The position numbers and the translations under genes are program-made. Below the pieces are notes generated by a model, which saw only the letters and a list, made by a program, of their open reading frames with translations, had not been told where the DNA came from and did not search any database. From Verrucomicrobiota bacterium (lineage in GTDB: Bacteria; Verrucomicrobiota; Verrucomicrobiia; Limisphaerales; SXQI01), in the NCBI GenBank assembly GCA_033762115.1, contig JANRLX010000003.1:1-25459 (forward strand): a stretch of DNA of 25,459 nt. The letters run 5' to 3'. Shown here one piece after another: positions 8,501 through 16,070 of this stretch; position 1 is the first letter of the stretch; the number at the start of each line of letters is the position of its first letter.

Positions 8501-11500
8501 TTCACGTTGACCTTGAGCACACCTACCGGTGGTGCAGCGATCAGCGGCACGAACATCGCCGTGATCACGATTGAGGAGAATGATGTGGGTGTTGGTTTCG
8601 CCCTGGCCACTTATGCGGTGGCGGAAGATGGAACCAACGTTGTCCTGACAATCAATCGAACCGGTGACACCAATGCTTCCGTGTCAGTGGATTATGATAC
8701 TGAAGATATCGGCGCCACAGCAGGGGATGATTATACCGCGACCAATGGAACGATCTCCTTCTCGGCAGGTGTTAATACAGCAACTCTCACGATTCCGATT
8801 GCCAATGATTCGAGCGACGAAACGAATGAGACATTCCGGGTGACCCTGAGCAATCCCACCAACACAGTGGTTTCCGCTTATTCCAGCACCGTGGTTACGA
8901 TCCGTGAGGATGACAGCACGATTGAACTGACAACCAACGCCGTGTCGGTGGTGGAAGGTACGGCCAGTGTGACTTTGACCCTGGTTCGCAACGGAGGGAC
9001 CAACACAGTGGCGACGGTGGACGTTTTCACTGAGGATGGAACCGCAGGCAGTTCTGATTATGCTTCGACAAATGCAACGGTGACATTCAACCCAGGCCAG
9101 CGCACCCGTTCGGTGGTGATTGCCTTGAGCAATGACAATTCCGTGGAAGGGGACGAAACGTTCGATTTTGGAATCACCAATGTGGTTGGTGGTTCTCTTG
9201 GGACAGTGACCAACGTGGTCGTTACCGTAAGGGATAACGACAGTATCTTCAATTTAACCACGAACGCGGTGGAGATTGCTGAAACGGTCGGGACTTTTGA
9301 TGTCAGCATCACGCGAACCGGAGGCGTAGCCGCCGCATCGAGCGTTCGTTATACCACGACGACAAATACAGCTGACAAACTTGATTTCAAGGTGGTGACA
9401 GCTGTTTTGAGCTTTGCTGCAGGTGAGACCAATAAAACTGTCCGTATCAGTGTGCTGAACGATACAGCCGTGGAGACGGAAGAAGATTTCACCTTCACCT
9501 TGAGCTCGCCAACCGGGGAAGCTGCCCTCGGCAGCGTGACCAGCCTGACTGCCACGATTGTGGATAATGACAGCAATATCAGTTTTGCGGACAGCACCAT
9601 CAGCGTGGATGAAGATGCGGGGACGGCAACGCTGACCCTGGAACGAACCGGATCGCTCGAGTACACCAACACGATCAAATATGCCTTGAAGGCTGGCAGC
9701 GCAACGGCGGCGGATTTCTCGCTCACAAATGGCGTTGTCACATTCGAGCCAACGGACACCAATGCCACGATCACAATCAATATCACCGATGATTTGCTTG
9801 TTGAAACGAACGAAAGCTTCACCGTCACATTGAGCTCGCCAACGGGTGGAGCCTTGATCAGCGGCACCAATACTGCCCGGGTGACGATTGTGGAAACGGA
9901 CACTGGGGTTGGTTTTGCGACGGCGACGGGAGCAGTGGCAGAGGGTGCAACAAATATCACTTTGACTTTGAACCGCACCGGTGACACGAACGGGACGGTC
10001 TCCGTTGATTACGCAACGGAGGACATTTCCGCCGTGAGTGCGTCAGACTACACCGCAACGAACGGGACTGTTTCATTTGCAGCCGGTGTCACCAGCGCAA
10101 CGATCACAATCCCGATCACCGCAGATAGCGATATCGAAACGAACCAGACGTTCCGAGTTTCCCTGAGCAATCCCACGAACACCCTGATTGCGAGCTTCAC
10201 GAACAGTGTCGTCACGATCCAGGAAGATGATGCTTCAATCGAGCTGAGCACGAATGCAATTACTGTTTTGGAAAGCGCCACGAACGTGGTGATCACGCTG
10301 GTGCGAACCGGTGGAACCAATACCTCGATGACAGTCGATTATTCCACTGCTGACGGCAGCGCAACGAATGCCCTGGATTACACCAGCACCAGTGGCACAT
10401 TGACATTCAACGCAGGCGAGTCCCGCAAGACGGTTAACGTGCCATTGCTTACCGACACTCTCATCGATGGGGATGAAACCTTCAGTTTCGGCATTACAAA
10501 TGCCGCTGGCGGCGCAGTGCTCGGATCCATCACCAATGTCACTGTGACAATCCGCGATAACGACAGTGAATTTGCCTTCAGCACCAATGCAGTCACGGTC
10601 AGCGAAACCGGTGGACGTATCGTCCTGACAGTGACCCGCACCGGTGGCGTGGCTGGAACGGCAACCGTCCGTTACCACACCACAAATGACACAGCCACGG
10701 CAGGTTCGGATTATACCACTGCCTCCGGGATGCTGACATTCAAGGCGGGAGAAACCAATAAAACCATTAATATCACCGTTGCGAATGATGGTGCGATTGA
10801 AACGAACGAAACATTTGAAGTGGTGTTAAGCAGTCCGACTGGCGAAGGAACCGTTGCCACTCCGGACAGCGCTACGGTTACTTTGACGGATAATGACAGC
10901 CAATTAAGCCTGGATGAAAGCAGCATCACGGTGGATGAGGATGCAGGCTCTGTCACAATCACTGTCAACCGCACCGGGACATTGACCCTGACGAATACAG
11001 TCAAGTATGCCTTCAAGGCCGGCAGCGCAACCAGTGCGGATTACACAGCCACGAACGGCACGCTTACTTTTGAGCCGAATGCAACCAATGCAACCATCGT
11101 CGTCGGCATCGTGGACGACACACTCGTTGAAACGAACGAGTCGTTTACAATGACTTTAACGACTCCGACGGGCGGCGCTGTAATTTCCGGGACAAACACC
11201 GCAAGAATCACCATCAATGAGACTGATACGGGCGTCGGTTTTGCCTTGGCCAGCTACTCGGTGGGTGAAAGCGCGACCAATGTCACGATCACTCTGATCC
11301 GTACCGGCGCCACAAATGATCTCGCCTCCGTGGATTATGCCACCGAAGCGGTCGGCGCAACAGCAGGGGACGATTACGTTTCCACCAACGGAACGGTGGT
11401 GTTTGCCGCTGGTGAAACAAACGCAACGATTACAGTGGATATTGAGCCGGACACTGTTTTGGAAACCAACGAAACGTTCCGGATTGTCCTGAGCAACCCG

Positions 11501-13807
11501 ACCAATTCCCTGGTCACTATTTATACCAATACTGTGGTTCGCATCCTTGAAGATGACAGCTCGTTCGCATTAAGCACCAATGCAGTGTCTGTCCTTGAAA
11601 GCGCGACCAACGTTACCGTCACAGTGATCCGCACCGGCGGGACCAACGATACCGTTACCCTGGATTTCAGCACTGAAGATGATAGCGCGACCGATGGCGC
11701 GGATTATACCGCCACCAATGGCACCCTAAGCTTCGGTCCTGGTGTGACGAGTAAAACGATTTCGATTCCGCTGTCCAACGACACTTCCTATGAAGGCGAC
11801 GAAACGTTCCGCCTGAGCATTACCAATGCAAGCAGCGGAGTGCTCGGCGCCTTTACCAACGTGGTTGTCACGATCCGGGACAACGACAGCACATTTGACC
11901 TCGCATCCACATCCTTAACGAAAGCGGAAACCGCAGGCAGCTTCACCCTCGCGGTCACACGCACTGGCGGTGTTGCCGCCGCAGCGAGCGTGCGTTACAG
12001 CGCGACCAACGGATCGGCGACTGCAAGCACGGATTTCACGGTGGCGACTGGTGTGCTCACCTTCGCCGCAGGTGAAACGAACAAACTGATCACTGTCACC
12101 ATTGTGAACGACACGGCTGTGGAAACAAACGAAACCTTCACAATCGGATTGAGCAGTCCAACGGGTGACGCAACCATCGGTTCGGCAAATGTCGCCACGA
12201 TCACAATCACAAGTGATGACAGCCGGTTGAGTTTTGAAGAGGACAGCATCAGCGTGGATGAGGATGATGGAAACGCGAGCCTGGTGATTAACCGGACCGG
12301 GGCCACGAACACGACGAATACCGTGACCTACACATTCAAGACCGGGAGTGCCACGAGCGCAGATTTCACAGGTGCCGCTGGCGTCCTGACCTTCAGCCCT
12401 GGTGACACGAACAAGACGATTACCATCCCAATCATCAACGACACCCTCGTGGAAAGTAACGAGGCATTTACCTTGACCATCAGCAAACCAACCGGTGGGG
12501 CGTTGCTTTCCGGAACCAATATCGCAACCATCACCATCGTCGAAACCGACTCGGGCGTCAGCTTCTCGGCAGCTTCCTACAGCGCGGCTGAGGATGGCAC
12601 CAATGTAACGCTGACAGTCCGCCGAACCGGCGCGACCAACAGCACTGTTGATGTCGATTATGTGATGACTGATTTGAGCGCTGTGGATGGTGATGATTAC
12701 ACCGCCACGAATGATACGGTTTCGTTCAGCCCTGGTGTGACCACTCAAACCATCGTCATCCCGATCACAGATGACAGCGTGATCGAAACGAATGAAATCT
12801 TCCGCGTCAGCTTAACCAATGCGACCAGCGCGTTGATCGTGGCATCAAGCAATGCTGTGGTCACCATCCTGGAGGATGACAGCTCAATCGCCTTGAGCAC
12901 GAATGCCATCAGTTTTGCTGAAAGCGCCACGACCGCGACGATCACGGTCATCAGGACGGGTGGGACAAACACGACCGCGACTGTCGATTTCCTGACCGAA
13001 GATGGCAGTGCCAGCGCAGGTTCGGATTACACCGCAACCAATGGCACGTTGACCTTCTCGCCTGGACAGGCCAGCAAGACAATCACAATTCCAATCACCA
13101 ATGACAGCAGTGTGGAAGGTGACCAGGATTTTGAAATCTCGATCACAAATGTGGTGGGTTCAATCCTCGGCAGCTACACGAATGCGGTGGCAACAATCAG
13201 GGACAACGACAGCGTCTTCAGCGTCCTGACCAATGCGATCACCGTTGCTGAAAATGAACGCACAGCCACGATCACCATCCGCCGCACAGGCGGAGTCATC
13301 GGAGCGGCCACGGTTCGTTATTCCAGCACCAATGGGACCGCTGTTTCCGGCACGGATTATACCGCGCTGAACAGCACCTTGAAATTTGCCGCAGGTGAAA
13401 CGAACAAAACCTTTACCGTTGCAATCAAGAATGACACCACGGTTGAAACGAATGAAACCTTCACCATCGGACTGAACACGCCCACAGGCGAAGCGACCCT
13501 GAGCACTAATGTTGTTGTCACGCTCACCATCACGGATAACGATTCTGCGGATGGAGACCGCCAGGTGGATCTCAGCTACAATGCGCTGACACTGGTTGCC
13601 TTTGAACTCACTTCAGAGGGGACTCCGGTTCTGATTGTTGGCGGACCTTTGGATTCCGCGGTGGCAATCGAAAGTTCCAGCGACCTCAACACCTGGACGC
13701 GTGAAATGGAAACCACTCTGACAACAGGTTTGTTGGAATGGAGCGATCCGAACGCTTCTGGAGAAGATGTCCGGTTCTACCGCGTGGTTGTTCCCGCGCA
13801 AGAGTAA
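5588..13807 (+). CDS. Giant exported reprolysin-like (metzincin, M12-type) zinc metalloprotease with 20 Calx-beta domains and a C-terminal module
   Basis: Signal-like hydrophobic segment ending MQVLA|AS; prodomain with PGCD; IDLMVVYT; zinc motif HELGHNMGCMHD (6653-6688); Met-turn TVMAY; then tandem ~110-aa units (V.E....V.RTG...V.Y.T...A..G.DY....GTLTF..GET.KTI...I.ND...E.NETF...LS.P...TI.DND). The exact start is uncertain. Confidence 0.92.
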   Translation: MQTNACTFSEGPRQVTLKYPISATAIFMASLMFMALALISPMQVLAASFFLDGPVGQQNVEETNAFDVGPNAPYLRSRTARIDTSLLAGPNSLINGTPVGADGGGGLILNLFPDREHEVTITRTVRKGDKDYLAYGKVTDSPESQVIFSVSGDVVAATVFVPGYSTAQILYGGNGTHRITEINPAAIPGCDAHRPQAGNVIFGANVVGATPPVAASGLTTIDLMVVYTAAARAGAGSVSAMNALIDLAVAEANEAYANSGVDIELRLVYRGEVSYSESGNASTDLGRLQSTSDSYLTTVPTLRSTYGADVVTLITESMATYAGLGYVMSPATNTFSPYAYNVVKRQYAVGSYVLAHELGHNMGCMHDRDNSSGSGAYSYSYGHRFTTTNGVQRTVMAYAPGTRIPYFSNPSVTFEGVATGIDENATNSANNALSLNNVASIVAGFADEAVFVEFDSASTVVDEDDGTVTLTVIRTGDTSTNSTVQYATQGGTASAGTDYTTTSGTITFAVGETNKTFNVSIINNSVVETNETFSVVLSNPVRAVLGVASTKVLTIQDEDVGVRFSASTASVDEDATNVVLTVNRTGKTNTSFTVDFKMTDLTAVSGSDYTGTNDSLSFSSGDTSKTITIPITNDSAIESNETFRVALTNASGATIIASSNVVVTIAEDDVSVAFSTNAVAVIENASSITVSVTRSGGTNSTVSVDFATEDDTAGSGDYTSTNATLTFTPGQTTKTITVPLSNDSSIEGNEAFSIGLTNVTGGVLGTHSNLVVTIRDNDSEFEFSTNAVTLNESTASVTLTVLRTGGTVGAATVRYATTNGTASAASDYTAVSGTLSFAAGETNKTVRLTILNDTAVETNETFSIVLSNPTGEGSVGAVDSTDVTITDNDSLIALDDATITVAEDDGTATISVTRSGTLTLTNTIKYAFKAGSATASDYTATNGTLTFAPNETNKTIVVAIADDSVIETNETFTLTLSTPTGGAAISGTNIAVITIEENDVGVGFALATYAVAEDGTNVVLTINRTGDTNASVSVDYDTEDIGATAGDDYTATNGTISFSAGVNTATLTIPIANDSSDETNETFRVTLSNPTNTVVSAYSSTVVTIREDDSTIELTTNAVSVVEGTASVTLTLVRNGGTNTVATVDVFTEDGTAGSSDYASTNATVTFNPGQRTRSVVIALSNDNSVEGDETFDFGITNVVGGSLGTVTNVVVTVRDNDSIFNLTTNAVEIAETVGTFDVSITRTGGVAAASSVRYTTTTNTADKLDFKVVTAVLSFAAGETNKTVRISVLNDTAVETEEDFTFTLSSPTGEAALGSVTSLTATIVDNDSNISFADSTISVDEDAGTATLTLERTGSLEYTNTIKYALKAGSATAADFSLTNGVVTFEPTDTNATITINITDDLLVETNESFTVTLSSPTGGALISGTNTARVTIVETDTGVGFATATGAVAEGATNITLTLNRTGDTNGTVSVDYATEDISAVSASDYTATNGTVSFAAGVTSATITIPITADSDIETNQTFRVSLSNPTNTLIASFTNSVVTIQEDDASIELSTNAITVLESATNVVITLVRTGGTNTSMTVDYSTADGSATNALDYTSTSGTLTFNAGESRKTVNVPLLTDTLIDGDETFSFGITNAAGGAVLGSITNVTVTIRDNDSEFAFSTNAVTVSETGGRIVLTVTRTGGVAGTATVRYHTTNDTATAGSDYTTASGMLTFKAGETNKTINITVANDGAIETNETFEVVLSSPTGEGTVATPDSATVTLTDNDSQLSLDESSITVDEDAGSVTITVNRTGTLTLTNTVKYAFKAGSATSADYTATNGTLTFEPNATNATIVVGIVDDTLVETNESFTMTLTTPTGGAVISGTNTARITINETDTGVGFALASYSVGESATNVTITLIRTGATNDLASVDYATEAVGATAGDDYVSTNGTVVFAAGETNATITVDIEPDTVLETNETFRIVLSNPTNSLVTIYTNTVVRILEDDSSFALSTNAVSVLESATNVTVTVIRTGGTNDTVTLDFSTEDDSATDGADYTATNGTLSFGPGVTSKTISIPLSNDTSYEGDETFRLSITNASSGVLGAFTNVVVTIRDNDSTFDLASTSLTKAETAGSFTLAVTRTGGVAAAASVRYSATNGSATASTDFTVATGVLTFAAGETNKLITVTIVNDTAVETNETFTIGLSSPTGDATIGSANVATITITSDDSRLSFEEDSISVDEDDGNASLVINRTGATNTTNTVTYTFKTGSATSADFTGAAGVLTFSPGDTNKTITIPIINDTLVESNEAFTLTISKPTGGALLSGTNIATITIVETDSGVSFSAASYSAAEDGTNVTLTVRRTGATNSTVDVDYVMTDLSAVDGDDYTATNDTVSFSPGVTTQTIVIPITDDSVIETNEIFRVSLTNATSALIVASSNAVVTILEDDSSIALSTNAISFAESATTATITVIRTGGTNTTATVDFLTEDGSASAGSDYTATNGTLTFSPGQASKTITIPITNDSSVEGDQDFEISITNVVGSILGSYTNAVATIRDNDSVFSVLTNAITVAENERTATITIRRTGGVIGAATVRYSSTNGTAVSGTDYTALNSTLKFAAGETNKTFTVAIKNDTTVETNETFTIGLNTPTGEATLSTNVVVTLTITDNDSADGDRQVDLSYNALTLVAFELTSEGTPVLIVGGPLDSAVAIESSSDLNTWTREMETTLTTGLLEWSDPNASGEDVRFYRVVVPAQE
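6941..13543 (+). repeat. Intragenic tandem array of 20 Calx-beta domains organised as 5 x 4-domain super-repeats (period ~1320-1323 nt)
   Basis: The equivalent R-DNDS junction falls at 7913, 9233, 10556, 11879 and 13202 (spacings 1320, 1323, 1323, 1323). Confidence 0.9.
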
Positions 13808-13825
13808 GCGCTCTTCAAGCTATCG

Positions 13826-13863
13826 AACCGCCGGATGGAATTTCCTCCGGCGGTTTTGCTTTT
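13826..13863 (+). terminator. Rho-independent terminator after the giant protease gene
   Basis: Stem-loop AACCGCCGGA-tggaatttcc-TCCGGCGGTT followed by TTGCTTTT, starting 19 nt after the stop. Confidence 0.85.
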
Positions 13864-13872
13864 CCCGGAAGG

Positions 13873-13898
13873 ATTACAAAGTTGTAATGTTCGGGTAA
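13873..13898. promoter_or_regulatory. Palindromic operator ATTACAA-AG-TTGTAAT upstream of degP (CusR/CopR/HprR-like response regulator box)
   Basis: Perfect 7-bp inverted repeat at 13873-13888, plus GTAA repeated at 11-bp spacing (13884, 13895), lying between the terminator and the degP start. Confidence 0.6.
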
Positions 13899-13935
13899 GG
13901 GTCCTGTCAGGGGAGAGTGGAAGAGTGTGGCATCT

Positions 13936-15444
13936 ATGAAACAACAAATTGCCAAACTCGCTTCCAAAGCTCGTCTCGCATTGTTGGCCGGGATCCTTAT
14001 GGCAGGGGCGGCGCATTTTGCCCTGGATTACGCCTACGCGCGGGAAGAGACCAAAACGCCACCTGTAAAGCTTCAGGTGGATCAAACCCCTGTCAAACGA
14101 GAGGGGAAATATACCACCAGCTTTTCGCCTGTCGTGAAACGAGTTTCACCCAGCGTCGTAAAAGTTTTTACCAGCAGCAAACCGAAGGCAAACCCGTATG
14201 CCGGGACACCTTTTGAAGACCCGATGTTCCGCCGGTTTTTCGGTGACCAGCTCCCGGGTGGCCCCAACGGACAGATGCCGCGGCAGCATGGTCTTGGTTC
14301 CGGGGTCATTGTGACTGAAGATGGTTATATTTTAACGAATAACCATGTAATTGATAATGCGGACGAAATTAAAATCGCCCTTGATAATGGGGACGAATAT
14401 TACGCCAAGGTTGTTGGAAAGGACCCAAAAACCGATATCGCGGTGTTGAAAGTCGAAGCGACTCAATTGCCGTATATCACCGTTGGTGACAGCGACCAGA
14501 TCGAGGTGGGAGACATCGTCCTGGCGGTTGGCAACCCCTTTGGCATCGGGCAGACCGTTACCATGGGAATGGTCAGCGCAATGGGCCGGGGAAACATGGG
14601 AATCGATTACGAGGACTTCATTCAAACGGATGCTGCAATCAATCCAGGCAATTCAGGCGGCGCTCTGGTGGATGCGGAAGGGCGATTGATCGGCATCAAT
14701 ACAGCGATCCTCAGCCGTTCCGGAGGCAACCAGGGAATTGGGTTTGCCGTGCCGGTAAACCTTGCAAAGCATGTCATGGACAACCTTGTCGAGCATGGCC
14801 GCGTGATCCGTGGCTTCATGGGCGTGAACATCCAGGATGTCACTCGTGACCTAGCGAAGGAATTCGACATTGAAGAACGTGGCGGAGCCCTGGTGGCAGA
14901 TGTCACCTCCAAAAGCCCGGCCGAAAAAGCCGGTTTGAAAACTGGTGACGTGATCACCTCCTTTAATGGCAAGCCGGTCAAGGACAGCCGCCATTTGCGA
15001 ATCCAGGTGTCTCAAACCAATCCAGGCGAATCCATCCCACTTAAAGTATCGCGAGGAGGTCGCGAAATGGAATTGAAAGTCACGTTGCAGGAAATGCCGA
15101 ATAATGACCTTGCCAGCAATGATCGCAGCAGTCGGCCCGGGCGCGAGTTCGATGCGCTGGAGGGTGTGACAGTTGCCGACATGGACACTGAAACCCGGCG
15201 ACAGATGCGGCTTCCCCGCTCTGTTCAAGGGGTGGTGGTGACTGAAATTCAGCCCAGCTCGCCTGCGTATGAAGCGGGATTGCGAAACGGTGACGTGATC
15301 CAGGAAATCAATCGCAAAGCCGTCACAAACGCTGAAGAAGCAGTCGAGTTGAGCGAGAACCTTAAGGGTAAATCCATCCTCCTGCGGGTCTGGAGCAGGG
15401 GTGGCAGTCGCTACATGGTGGTAGACGAGGACAAGGCCGGGTAA
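13936..15444 (+). CDS. degP: DegP/DegQ (HtrA, Do family) periplasmic serine protease with two PDZ domains
   Basis: Catalytic triad motifs TNNHV, KTDIA and DAAINPGNSGG; two PDZ-like regions (SPAEKAGLKTGDVI; SPAYEAGLRNGDVI); N-terminal signal/anchor. ATG at 13936 is preferred to GTG at 13927. Confidence 0.95.
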   Translation: MKQQIAKLASKARLALLAGILMAGAAHFALDYAYAREETKTPPVKLQVDQTPVKREGKYTTSFSPVVKRVSPSVVKVFTSSKPKANPYAGTPFEDPMFRRFFGDQLPGGPNGQMPRQHGLGSGVIVTEDGYILTNNHVIDNADEIKIALDNGDEYYAKVVGKDPKTDIAVLKVEATQLPYITVGDSDQIEVGDIVLAVGNPFGIGQTVTMGMVSAMGRGNMGIDYEDFIQTDAAINPGNSGGALVDAEGRLIGINTAILSRSGGNQGIGFAVPVNLAKHVMDNLVEHGRVIRGFMGVNIQDVTRDLAKEFDIEERGGALVADVTSKSPAEKAGLKTGDVITSFNGKPVKDSRHLRIQVSQTNPGESIPLKVSRGGREMELKVTLQEMPNNDLASNDRSSRPGREFDALEGVTVADMDTETRRQMRLPRSVQGVVVTEIQPSSPAYEAGLRNGDVIQEINRKAVTNAEEAVELSENLKGKSILLRVWSRGGSRYMVVDEDKAG

Positions 15445-15471
15445 GCGGCAGGTTCTTCAAGTAATAGATTA

Positions 15472-15541
15472 GGGGTCCGTCCGGTTGGCATGTTTGGTGG
15501 TTTATGGGCTCCACCAGCATGTGGACGGGCCTTCTTTTTTT
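15472..15541 (+). terminator. Long two-tier hairpin terminator after degP
   Basis: Outer stem GGGGTCCGTCC/GGACGGGCCTT, inner stem CATGTTTGGTGG/CCACCAGCATG, followed by CTTTTTTT. Confidence 0.8.
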
Positions 15542-15575
15542 GTCAGAAAAGAGCTGGTCAAGGAGCCTTTGAGGG

Positions 15576-15592
15576 CTGGCAAGCCTTTTGCT
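15576..15592 (+). promoter_or_regulatory. Sigma54 (RpoN) -24/-12 promoter of the pilin-like gene
   Basis: CTGGCAAG-CCTT-TTGCT has GG-N10-GC spacing and matches TGGCACG-N4-TTGCW at all but one position; AGGA and the ATG at 15612 follow. Confidence 0.75.
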
Positions 15593-15611
15593 TTTCCCAG
15601 GAATAGGATTT

Positions 15612-16070
15612 ATGAATCGCTATCGAACATCCGGATTTACCTTGGTTGAGTTGATGATTGTCGTGGCGATTATCGGATTGCTGGCAAGCATGGCAATGGC
15701 TTCTCTCAGCAAGGCGCGGGTTCGCTCGCAGAATACGATTTTTATCAACGATGTAAGGGTGTTTAGCGGCGATTTTGAGCGTTATGCGCTTGAAAACAGA
15801 ACCTATCCACCGGACACCACACCCACTGTGGTTCCCGCCGGGATGGATGGTTACCTGAAAGTGAAACGATGGCAGGGAGTAACCCCGATCGGAGGGAGTT
15901 GGGATTGGGATTACAATCAGTTTGGGGTGAAGGCGGGTGTGTCGGTTTATCAACCGGGCGCACGGACTGAGCGAATGCAGGACATCGATCGCATGATCGA
16001 TGACGGTGATCTTGATAACGGTTCCTTCCGCCAGCGAAGCAGCGGGTACATCAGCATTCTGGAATTTTAA
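15612..16070 (+). CDS. Type IV pilin / pseudopilin-like protein (class III signal peptide)
   Basis: MNRYRTSG|FTLVELMIVVAIIGLLASMA prepilin peptidase site with E5; AGGA RBS before the ATG at 15612. Confidence 0.9.
   Translation: MNRYRTSGFTLVELMIVVAIIGLLASMAMASLSKARVRSQNTIFINDVRVFSGDFERYALENRTYPPDTTPTVVPAGMDGYLKVKRWQGVTPIGGSWDWDYNQFGVKAGVSVYQPGARTERMQDIDRMIDDGDLDNGSFRQRSSGYISILEF

Noticed and set aside
6941..13543. Repeats as a possible CRISPR array, DGR or shufflon substrate
   Set aside because: The repeats are in-frame, diverged protein domains. There are no identical short repeats with spacers, and no reverse transcriptase or recombinase nearby.
5918..13801. Many minus-strand ORFs (60-277 aa) within the giant gene, some themselves repetitive
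   Set aside because: They are antisense shadows of the repetitive Thr/Val/Asp-rich coding frame, with no independent motifs.
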